From assembly GCF_037042905.1 (NCBI RefSeq), contig NC_087245.1, positions 25,236,001 to 25,300,000 on the forward strand: a stretch of 64,000 nt of DNA, read 5' to 3'. Below are positions 52,537 through 63,661 of this stretch, piece after piece. Position numbers and translations under genes: made by a program. The notes under the pieces were generated by a model. That model worked only from the letters and a program-made list of their open reading frames with translations, was not told the origin of the DNA and did not search any database. Within the stretch, counting starts at the first letter, position 1; every line of letters begins with the position of its first letter. The stretch comes from Lytechinus pictus. Taxonomy: Eukaryota.

Positions 52537-54277
52537 GCAAGTATCGGTGATGGTATTCTAGAAAAAAATTTTTATCCTTCTATCAAATCCGGTAACTTTC
52601 AACTAAAATAAAATCCATATCTATTTCTTGAGCTCTTGGATGATATATTGCACACTAACCTTGCTTGATTTATTATGATTGGGTCTAATTCTACAAAAAA
52701 TTGATTACTGCCAGACTTAAATTCTGGTCTCTACTTCATTCTATGATACTATCTGTAATCTTTCACATATGTTTTTTCTCTCCACATATCATTTCTCTTA
52801 ATCTGTCTAACACTATAATCAATGAAAGTGCTCTCATTATATCGACTAAATATAAATAGCCTTGATATTTATTTTGTTTGTAAATCTGTGCATAATTTAA
52901 AAACAGCCAAATGAAATGGCCCCTAGTCAGAGTACACTTGCATTTTCTTCCATGCAGAAGAAGTGGCTGTGAAGACGGTGGTCGTTTCTTTCTATTTTTA
53001 GTTTCGCCAATATCCCTTTATTTAATTTAAGAGTTGGTAACCCAGTTTCAGGTGAAGGTTGTAATTCAAATGAGTAGGAGATTGGTATCAGGTAAACAGA
53101 CAACAAATTGAAGGACTTGAAGAGGACCAATTCAGTAATTCAACCAGGATGCCCTAAATTTTTAAATACTTATTCTACTGTATATTTACAGGTGTAAGAC
53201 AATCATATTCAGATCATATACACCTGCAGCATCACAAAATACTTAAATGCCATGTAGGGCAAAGCATTTTTATGGGTATTTTATGCCACATTGTGATTTG
53301 AATATTGCTGCAGGAAATAACATATGGGTGGTAATGATCACTTGATAATCATAGTGCATACTGTAGTAAAGTGGCAAATAAGATTTGCAAGATTAGAATT
53401 TGATGGTAAATATATTTGATTTACAATGATAAATAAATGTGAACCTGTGTTATTGCTTAGTTTCGAAACTTAGCAAGGTATCAAGTATAAAAGAGTCAAA
53501 ATTGTGCACCCCCAGACTGTTGTTTTCCTCAAATGAATTATATTAACTAAATACATTAAAATGTTGTTTACTTAAATATTTACAGTAATCAACAAATGAA
53601 AATAATGTCATATTACATTTTTGTTTACAATAAGTTTACTTAATAAATAAACTTAATAAAGTAAAAAAAAAAGATACTACATTAGTTTGATTTGGTGACT
53701 CAGACTCGGGCATGGACCATAGTGACTTGACCACAAGACTGATTATCAAGTATAGTTCCCGTCTCGAAGCCAGCTAGGAGATGGGATCAGCATTGCTCTT
53801 CTATGGAAAATCTATCAAATCTGTGATTTCACATCTTCAGTATGCAACATTCCCGCCCTACACTGGTGTATACAATAGTTGCGTAATGCAAAGAGTTTCT
53901 AATTCATGTGCCTGTACGCTCACACATATTGCACCTTTGCTAGAAGCACAATATCACCTAATGCACCGCAGAGCCAATTAACCCAGATATGCCAAGGCCG
54001 AGCATCGCTGCACAGATTCATTTTCCAGAACTCTTGTGGTAGTGGCATAGGGCCATGTTACACTAAATCATCAGAAGTCTAAGTTCATGGATATCCCATA
54101 ACTTGTCCATGAAGCTACAATGATATGACAGTGTTGTGTGAAACTGACCCGGGTTCATTAGAAGGTTATTAAGTTTGCATGTTCTCATGTTGTACAAGGA
54201 CAAGTCAATACATACCAATTACATGCTTATGTAAGGTCATTTTATCAATTTATTCCAAGTGTTCTGCTGCATATACA

Positions 54278-54343
54278 AAATTTGAATTTGAATTTGAAAT
54301 TTAATTTGAATTTTGATTTGAATTTGCATATGAATTTGAATTT
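54278..54343. repeat. (TTTGAA)n hexanucleotide repeat, imperfect
   Basis: tttgaatttgaatttgaaatttaatttgaattttgatttgaatttg. Confidence 0.8.
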
Positions 54344-55357
54344 AGCCTTGATGGAGCTGATAAAGCCAAACTTTGAAATACCCCCTCCCTCCAGCAACCA
54401 CAAATTGTAAAAAAGAAAATGTTTTTAAAGATAAATAAGTAGAAATAGATAAGTGAACATTTGTACTTCAATGAATGATTTCAAGAGTAAGTTGGTAAAT
54501 GGCTGAATATGAGTTATGTAGTTGAGTGGGTGAGTGAATAAATAAATTAACTCCCCCCCAAAAAAATACACAAACAAATGGGTACCAATAAAAAAAAAAC
54601 AAGTGAATGTTTCAATTAAGAAATAAGTAAAACTAAATATGTAACTTACACACATATTGAGCATTGATGCTTTGTACTTTGTAAATTAGAAATATTATTC
54701 TCGTACATGAATTCTCACTTGACTAATCATAATGTTTCATATTTACCAACCACATAACAAACAAATACTAAAGTCTGATTAATAATATAATCTACAGATT
54801 CTTGAAATTTTCTTCAAGTCAGATATGTTTATGGGAGGTGGGACATGTATTCCTTCAAAATACATTTTTTTCAATTATATTAATCTATGAAGGGTCTATA
54901 CTAAAGTTGAAACAGACTTTAGTATAGACCTTGAGGTAGGTTGACCAAAAGTTTTACTGGTATATGCTTAATATTTTATATATGTGCCTACTACAGCCGC
55001 ATTTCCATTATAAAGTAAGGAGATGAAAATATTTTACATTGAACTAAATGTAGAAGGTACATCGCCTAAGGTATGAGCCCTGTCCTAAAGGATGAATCCT
55101 TCACAGCTTCTTTTGCTGCTATTCATCTCCTTTTGGCAGAGATTTAACAATAAAGTGGGAAAGCCACTGAGCAGCTTTACTAAGAGATGTGGCAAGGACT
55201 TTTGGTAAAGTTCCTAACTAACCTTTTTTTGTGAAAGAATATAAATTTATTTACTTTTGAGACTTATATCTGCCTTCCTCTATCCACTGAAGTTCCTTCA
55301 GGATCTGCTTGTGGAAAATTATTATGAAACATATTTTCTGTCTCCATCATTTCGCAG

Positions 55358-55500
55358 ATTCAAAATCACCTGATGCTGGTGTCCACAAGCAACCCGACGG
55401 CTCTGGTACCAACAATAACAACAAGCCAAGCAGAGACAAGAGGAAGAGACATAACCAGGCAGTCACTATGGAGGATATCCAGAAAGCCAGCAAACTTAAG
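55358..55500 (+). CDS. SVIL: Supervillin-like coding exon (143 nt, phase 1 to 0): SKSPDAGVHKQ...RHNQAVTMEDIQKASKLK
   Basis: Acceptor catttcgcag|AT and donor AAG|gtatct. It is in frame with 51247 and 56213. Confidence 0.85.
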
Positions 55501-56212
55501 GTATCTTATTCAGCAAGATTTTTTTTAAATTTTAAATGATGTTTAAGGGACCATGTCAAAAGTCAGATCCACATCTTTTGCTCAAGAATCCTAGAAGCGG
55601 CCTTTCATTTCCTAATTCTCAGACACATAACAATGGGGAATGCAGGTAAACTGCTATGAGTTGACGTATAGTGCCTTCTTAATCAATTCTTGGTGAAGAT
55701 GTGGCACAGACTTCTAACAAGTTACCTAATTTTGCAAGAGTTGTGTTTACTAAAATATCTTCAATTTTTTGGTATTGAATTATATTCTTGTTCATGGTTA
55801 GGATTGGTCAGGGGGTGTAGTTGAAAATTCAACAGGGTATTCGCTGTGGAGTTCATTTTCCCCTTTCCTTTTCTGTGGGGGGGGGGGGGGGTGAGGTTGG
55901 CAAAGTTGTAAGGTTTTTTAATGAAAGATTAGAATATAGTGAATCTCCATCATTGATTGATAGATAGGATGCATTTAAAAAAACGTGTAGTAGTACATTA
56001 GTGGTTGTTAGAAAAAAATAATATATTTGTCATTGTGGCTCAGTTTTATATTCCACAACAAATCCTCTTGCAATTTCTAGCTCATATTAACTAGCATTTT
56101 CAAAATAAACGTTAACATCATGGGTGGAAATAACAGTTGGTAAAACTGTTTTGGTAAATGAATACAAAAGAAATGAAACCATTTTTAACTCATTCCATCT
56201 TTTGTTTTACAG

Positions 56213-57773
56213 GGATCATCAGATCCAGCTCCATCACACACTAGCCAGAAGTCCAAAGATCTCCCACCTTCACCAAAAATAATTGAACCTCCAGTCCAAT
56301 CTGCAAAGACATCATCTCAAGAGATGTCCCCAAGGAACCTGAAAGCAGGTGGCTTCAAGATTGAAACTGTGACAAAGACAGAACTGAAAAAGGATTCCAG
56401 CATGCCCAAACCTGGAGACCAGACAGTCTTGAAAAGAGCCACATCACCAACCCATGATGTATCCAAGAGAGCCAGCTGGGGATCAAATAAAGGAGAACCA
56501 TTGAAAGATGGCTTGAAACCTGCAGGTGGACAGCAGACTGGGGTAGATAGACCTTCAAGTCCTTTGAGCAAAGTGACACTTAGGAAACCAGAGATTCCCA
56601 AAGTGTTGCAGGATTCAACCAGGCAGAGAAAGAACTCTGATAGTAGCATTTCCACAAGTGAGTCATTATCTGTCTCACCTACAAGAAAAGTGAGAGGTGG
56701 CAGCTTCTCAAACAAATCAGATAGTGAAAAGACTGGAAGTCTTCAGAGGCCAAAGTCAATGCCAGTGAAGGATTCAGCAACATCTAGCCAATCCAAAGAT
56801 CAAAAGACTCCTAGTTCAAAGACCGGTGGTCATGCCAGGGTGTCATCTTCTCCAGAAAAGAAGCGTTTATCAAAGACAATGTCATCTCCAGAAAGAAAAC
56901 CACCAAAGAAAACAGACACAAAGGCATCTGCAGAAAGAAAGCTGTCCTCAGCTTCATCAACTTCATCCTCTACCAAAAGTTCTCAGGTTGATAAGAGGAC
57001 TTCGTATCCACCTGCAAAGACAACATCCCCAGATAGGAAACCTCTTTCTAGAAGACAGTCTTCACCGGAGAAAAAGCTAACAACTAGGCCTGCCTCACCA
57101 GAGAAAAAGCTAAGAACTAGGCCTGCCTCACCGGAAAAGAAACTGACAACCAGACAACCTTCTCCAGAGAAAAAAGTCTCAAAGACAACAGGAGAGAAGA
57201 AGCTCACCAGACAAGCCTCTAGTGAAAAGAAACCCTCAAGAACAACATCCCCTGAAAAGAAAGTCTCAGGGAAATCCTCCACAGAAATAAAGTCATCAAG
57301 GACAGTTTCCCCTGATAAGAGGGTATCAAAGACATCACCAACAGAAAAGAAAAATGAAAGAGCAACATCTCCTGAAAAGAGGCCTTCCACAAAACGCACA
57401 AGCTCCCCTGTGAAAAAGCCATCCGTGAAGAAGGATTCAGAGTCAAAGACCAATAAGAAATCACCAGAGTCTACCAAGGCAACCAAAGATGCTGACAACA
57501 AGAAGATGGAAAGCAAGACAAATGGTGTTGATGTTAGCAAGAAGGAACCAGCCAAATCAGATTTGATAGTCCAGAAACCCCAAGTTAAGGAGGAAATCAT
57601 CGCTAAGAAGGAAGAAAACAAAGAAGAAGCCGTTCCCGCTGCCCCAGAACCAAAGATGCCTCAGCCAGTTGTGACCATCGTTGCACCAGCCCCTGATAGA
57701 AAACCTAGCCAAGCCAAGAGAATAAGGAGTAGAACAATTGAGGTTGACATGCTGAGGAGAAATGGAACGCCAG
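56213..57773 (+). CDS. SVIL: Supervillin-like giant exon (1561 nt, phase 0 to 1), Ser/Lys/Pro-rich with SPEKK repeats
   Basis: Acceptor ttttgttttacag|GGA and donor CAG|gtgagt. It contains the in-frame ORF-track entry 56324..57781. Confidence 0.88.
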
Positions 57774-59204
57774 GTGAGTAAAATAATGAAAACCAATAAG
57801 GTTCTTGGAAAAAAAGAAAAGGTACCTTGTCAAAAGGCATAGCTGCGTCTTACATGCCTTTCATTTCCAATTCTGACACTTAATCATAGACAAAACAACG
57901 GGCCATGTAGGAGAAGACGCATTGTGCCTTCATTGCGGAATTCCTCTGCTAAAATCCGAAGCACAGACCAATTGCCCTGAAACGTGAAATAGGACATAAT
58001 CCTTTTGATAGGCTTGTTTAGTCATTTATCTTCTGATAGTTTGGATATCAGATTTTAGGGCCCTCTTTTATAAATTGCATCAAACTTCATGCAACTTTCT
58101 CTTCTTTGGTGCCAATTTGTGTTCCAATATTGAAAATAGATAACATGTATACAACCTGTGCCTTGATATTACTGTATTTTGTTATCCAGAAATTAATCTG
58201 GAGTAGAAACAGCCTCTGGTAATAAGTGTTGGGAATATACAGGAAACTCAAAATTTTGTTTCTACCTTGCAAGTGTACATGTATATGCAGCTGCTTGCTT
58301 GTACAGTATGTTCTTATTAGAGAATGATCCAAGGGAAAAAAATCACGGATCATCATGACTTGCTAATTTCAATGACTGTGACAATACACCAATTTTGTTT
58401 TCTGTCCGTACATCAATGTCAAATTATTGTCACCAAAATTGACATTTTCATATGAGTAATGATTGCTTCCCTTTCACAATAAGCTAAAATCATTTTATAA
58501 ACTTTGAAATTTTAGGGTGTCACTTGTCCTCAAATTGCCGAATGTTAAATAGTATTTTTATCAAAATCATATTATTGTCTTCCCGGAGTACCACTTTAAT
58601 CTCATTTTGATGACTTTCAAATAATACTCTCTAAGCAGCTGGAACATGGTCTAGTCAATATGGTGATATGCAACAAAGAACTCCAACATAACTCACCGTG
58701 AAACACTTCTAGGAAAATGTTGCATGTAAAGTTTCATTTGAATACAACTCAAAATATCTAATGCCAGTCTTATTTCATGTTTTTGAATGTCTGCAATTCA
58801 AGCAATACCCCCTAGAGTAATTGGGTATTTGATAATATCTTTGCCATCAACATTCATTATCTTGACAGGCCTAATTCTTGCTGCAAGTAGGTTGACAATT
58901 TTTTCCCTAGATAGCCTGTGCTGTAAGTATTGACAAAACGAAGAAATATTCAACTGAACAATGAATCCCAAGTGCTGGCAAGAAAAAAGATGAAAATAAA
59001 GAAAAGAAACAGTGATTTCAGGCACAGTGTTGATTGCATGGTTGTCAACCAGTCTCTCAGGATTAAAGCCAAGGAGTGACCTCACAAGAAGGGCAAAATT
59101 TCTGCGTAGATTTTGCAATGCACAAACTGCTAATTCTTCCTAACTTACCTTCGGAGAAAGGTTCAATTTTTTTTTGTGTTCGATATATTTTATGTTTGCA
59201 TTAG

Positions 59205-59371
59205 ATCCCAAGAGGGATGCCCTGTCCACCAAGGATGATGAACTGTTTGCTATGATGCAGATGAGAGCCCAACAGATCAGAGAAGAAGAGGAGAAAGAAG
59301 GAAAGGTCGATGAGAGTGGAGAAGAAGAGGATAGAAGCGTCTCTGAGGAGAAGCCTGAAGATGTTATTAAG
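59205..59371 (+). CDS. SVIL: Supervillin-like coding exon (167 nt, phase 1 to 0): PKRDALSTKDDELFAMMQMRAQQIREEEEK...EDVIK
   Basis: Acceptor tttgcattag|AT and donor AAG|gtgatt. The peptide is acidic and helical-looking, and the phases fit. Confidence 0.85.
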
Positions 59372-59379
59372 GTGATTAT

Positions 59380-59645
59380 GATTTGTATAGCGCACGTATC
59401 CACCTTGTTACATGTAGGTGCTCAAGACGCTCCTATATTACCCTGGCTACGCTGGTCTACCAGTTCCGGTGCTCACAGCTTTTTGAGGAATTACTTCCTG
59501 CCTGTCTCTATTTACCCCACCTGGGTTGAGTGCAGCACAATGTGGGTAAATTTCTTGATGAAGGAGAGCATGCTGTGGCTGGGAATTGAACCCCTTGCCC
59601 TCAGATTGAAAGACGTCGTCTTAACCACTAGAATTCAACACCCCC
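59380..59645 (-). mobile_element. tRNA-derived SINE, near full length
   Basis: The reverse strand has an A-box-like TAGTGGTTAAG and B-box GGTTCAATTCC, then a core gcactcaacccaggtg...aat and a LINE-type tail gcgtcttgagcacc...gcgctatacaaat. Confidence 0.75.
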
Positions 59646-61217
59646 ACAATAATGGATTTAAATGAAAAATATATTTGTATCTACAGGCTTGATGGGATTG
59701 CAGTGCCTACATGGACTGCAATGATCTGTTGTTATAGTTATGCTACGTAGGCCCAACAAAAATTGGTATTTTGGGAATATCAAAGCAGTTGGTATATTTC
59801 TTCTATGTCAGATAAACTAAAAACGTGAGAATTTTACATTATTTTTTCCAGTTGTGGTACAGTCATATTGGCAGACCAACCCCAAACCAGTCTTCAAAAA
59901 CAACTTCTGTGTCAGGTTTTTATTCCGTCTGGAATCAGAATGAATATAAACTCGACAAAGTCTTTTGAGCATGTTGAAAAACGAAAAAAATAAAGAAAAA
60001 TAAAAATATTACAGAGAACGGGTGCTAGATATTTCAAATATCTAATTTAAAAATTGTTACAAAGAATTAATCGCTGAAATAATGCATGGCCACATTATAG
60101 ATTAGGTTGTGTGATGTTACTCAGGTATAATTCACATTAATGAACATTTACCAAAACATTAAACAAGCTTTATGTAACACATATCATCTTGGACACTGCT
60201 AGTTTATCTGGAAAATTACCTTTGTACATCCTCCTGAAGTAGTTTATTTCTCCTTCTTGTATACATCTGTCAGAATTGTTTAGGCCTACATTTTTTCATC
60301 TATTTTTATCATCTATGTTGCTGCCCTTGTAATTCTCTTCAAAAATCTTCAAACCTCTGGCGAAATGCCTTTTGGAGGGAAGTGGTTTGTTGTGGTTTTT
60401 TAAATCAATCCACACCTACAAAACTGAGTCATTGCCATTGCCCTGGATGTAGAACAGAAAGTGTATTTTCAGTCTAGTGTATGTTAAAGTCATTTTTTAA
60501 ATTTGTCTGTTCTCCAAGTTCATGAACTAAGAAAACAAATAATATTTGATATTATAAATTTATGTTTTGAAGGCTAGAAGCATATTCGTTGTTTGCACTT
60601 AAAGGAGAATGTAACCCTTGCAACAAACTTGCTTAATGTGAAATATAGGATTTATAAAGATTTGAGAACAATTGGACAAATAATAAGAAAGTTATTAGCA
60701 TTTGAAAGTTGACAATTGGTCACATTGGCAATGTGACCGAGATGTGCATTGTCACACAAGAACAACCCTCCTCTTTGGATATTGTAATTATATCCCAAAG
60801 CATATATCTTATAATCCGTATTACATGTTTTCCCATAAAAATAATCACCTGGTCTACAGGATAGACATGATAATAGTGAAGATTTAAGTGAATATGTATA
60901 AAAGTAATGTGGAACTTTTAAATATGTACACTGTAGTATCACACATTGTTGGTTTGCATAGCCAATGGGATGATGCCCATTGAATCAAGATCTCAACAAT
61001 CCAATAATTACAGCGTTTTTTTAATAAAACTTTTATTGGTCTGTTTCTTTCATGTTGGCTATTTTTTCAGGCAATAAAGTTAAAGACATGGCAGGCAAAG
61101 AACAATAAAAATAATCAGTACAGTGTCTTCTGTCATCGTTTTCATTTGTTTCCATTAACATCCTCAGCATCCCCAATACATGTACATCATTCTAATAATA
61201 TAAAAAAACACTAACAA

Positions 61218-61272
61218 CATCATCATCATCATCATTATCACCATCACCATCACCATAATCATCAATATCACT
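61218..61272. repeat. (CAT)n/(CAC)n microsatellite
   Basis: Directly visible. Confidence 0.85.
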
Positions 61273-61364
61273 ATGAACCCATTATCCTCAGCATCGCCAT
61301 AATTTGGAAACATTTAAATATTCCTCTCTTTAACAATATATCCTTCTTTAAATGTGTCCCTTAG

Positions 61365-61492
61365 GTATCTCTCAAGGACAGGATGCAGTCTTTCAAGGGT
61401 AAGGAATCCAAGCCTACCCTTGTGGATTACAGCAAGCTACCAGTGTCACCCACCCCTAAGAGAGCCACCAAGATGCAGCCTCCTGAGAAAAG
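61365..61492 (+). CDS. SVIL: Supervillin-like coding exon (128 nt, phase 0 to 2): VSLKDRMQSFKGKESKPTLVDYSKLPVSPTPKRATKMQPPEK
   Basis: Acceptor gtcccttag|GTA and donor AAG|gtagaa. This exon is needed to bridge the phase-0 donor at 59371 and the phase-2 acceptor at 61795. The ORF track does not show it. Confidence 0.85.
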
Positions 61493-61794
61493 GTAGAATT
61501 GCTATTGTGTGTAAAAAATAGCATCTTTGTATTCATGAATATTAATGAAGCAAGAACTAACATTCTTTAAGTCAGCTGATTGTGAAAATATGTTATGCAA
61601 TAGGCTTCTTTGCTATGTAATGCAAATCTATAGTTGTTTCCTTTTGTGGGAACTTAGTAATGAGGTACATGTATCCCTAAAAATTCTTAGTGATAAATGA
61701 AATGCAGCTGCACACATTAATTTTTGCTTTGTCTGGCAAGCTTTTTTTTTGATCCAATGACTTTGAATTTGAGATGGTTTTGTTTTTATTTCAG

Positions 61795-63379
61795 ACCAGA
61801 GCCTGTCAATGTAAAGCAGAATGGAGAAGAGAAGAAGAGTGAAGATGAAGCTGAAGAAGATGACCAACTCGCTGGTCTTAGCCTCTCAGAGAAGATGAAG
61901 ATGTTTACTCAGATGTCAGCCATCAGGAAGAAGGCTCAGGAAGAGGAGGAAAAGAGAGCCAAGTCCAAATCATCATCAAGGTTCCACAGAACGAGAGGAC
62001 GAGACAGGTTCCAGACTCAGCCAGTCACCCCGGAGGAACTGACCACTGCATCTTCCTTGGCAAAGGAGATGGCTGCCCAAGCTGAGAATAATGAAGAGAG
62101 TAAAGAGAAAGATGAAGACATTGCCCGTGAAGTTAAGAAAGAGGAGGTCGAAGACACAATGAATACGCAAGACAGGATCAGGGAGGAAATTCGTCAAGCG
62201 AAATTGAGGGAAACAATTGTGGAGGAACCGTCTGAGGAATCTGATGATACTAGTAGTCGACTGCCATCGATGGCAGAAGAAGAGGAACCCCCAGCAGATG
62301 TCCAGGAGGATGAATATTCCAAATTAACTCTATCTGAGAAAATGAGACTGTTTAAAGAGAAATCAACAGAAGGGACTAAGCCACCTCCAAAAGTAGAACC
62401 TCCAAAGCGCAAACGGAGAAGTGAATCAAGATTCAGAACTCAACCCATCACTGTAGATGAGGTTAAGAAAGCAGCTGTGTCTCCTTTAGCAAAGAGTTTT
62501 TCACGGCCGCCAAGTGTGGAAATCCTTGGTGCTTTGCCCATAGCTCAGCAGGTCTCGATGGTCTATGGGGAATCCAATGCGACTCCTCACCCTGCCACTA
62601 TGAACGGTCGAAGTGTTTCGTCAACGCGCAGGAGTTCCAACTCAGATTTAAAAGAAGCAATGAAAGACACTGCAACAAAAGACACTGCATCAAAAGACAC
62701 TGCCACTCCAAAACAGCTGCCTAAGAAGGAAGCAGAAGTGAAGCCTCAGTCCTACAAGGATACTGTAAAGAAGCAGAAGAACCTGATGGCTCTGTTGGCA
62801 TCTGAAATTAAAGGTACATCAAAAGAAGATGAAGAAGTTGAGCACCCAAAGACTGAAGCTGTGGATGCAAGTATAAAGATGGCTAGGTTAGGTCATGATG
62901 TGACATCACCGACTGAGGAGAAAGAGCCCATCTTAGAATCTGTAGAGACAAAAAGTGTTGATCAGACTCAAGCAGCTCGTGTAGCTGCCAGCAGAAAGAA
63001 AGACAGTGTTCCTCAGAAAGCTCCACCAAGTCCAAAAACGAGACATTCACTTATTCAGAAACAAGGCACAAGCGAGACGCTGTCGAGCTCCAAGAAGCAG
63101 CTATCGAGTCCCGAGAAGAAGTTGACCAAACCTCAGCCCCACCCTAGGAGTCCTCAGAACATCCGGCGTAACGGAACTGCCAAGAGTACGAAAGACGCTG
63201 CTCCTCCCTCACCCGTGCCCTCTCCTAGGAGATCAAAGATGGGGTCTCCTGCATCGATGCGGAGGCAGGACTCCCAGGATGGGGATATCTCAAGTGGTGC
63301 AGAGGACGGGAAGAGGATTGTGAATTGTGCCGCCAAGGGATCGTCCTCAGAGTTTGCCACACCTCAGAGGGAAAAAAAG
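61795..63379 (+). CDS. SVIL: Supervillin-like giant exon (1585 nt, phase 2 to 0) with two LSEKMxxF...RFxTQP[VI]T modules; the gene continues beyond the window
   Basis: Acceptor tttttatttcag|A and donor AAG|gtaagg. RFQTQPVTPEE and RFRTQPITVDE resemble the supervillin RFRTQPIT/RYQTQPVT motifs as recalled. Confidence 0.9.
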
Positions 63380-63661
63380 GTAAGGAAATAAATCAATGAA
63401 TTAAAAAATGTAAAGTACGCAATCCATATCAGAGAGATAGCATTTTGGTTAAGAGTGAAACCTTGGAAAATGAGTGCCTACATGAGAGGGATGTTTTTTC
63501 CCCATTTTCCATTTTAGACAACTTTGAAGTTATTTCTGGCATTATTCTTGGCATCATTCATGAAAGTATTAATCTTCGTTATGTTCTTTTATGTGTGAAT
63601 TTTGTAATTGTCTGTTTAAGGGTTTTAAATACAGTCAGAATTTCTAGCCCCAGATCCTTAA

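Noticed and set aside
56317..57796. Long minus-strand ORFs (132, 212, 79-81 aa); likewise 30772..31158, 52139..52540 and 61976..63360
   Set aside because: They are antisense shadows of real or likely + strand coding sequence with biased codon use.
59580..59645. tRNA gene (also 43170-43244)
   Set aside because: A/B boxes are present, but the cloverleaf is not intact and the sequence continues into a SINE body and tail.
60599..61080. Another TTAA|AGG-starting Kolobok-like element
   Set aside because: A plausible left terminus (TTAA AGGAGAATGTAACCC) is present, but I found no matching right terminus or second copy.
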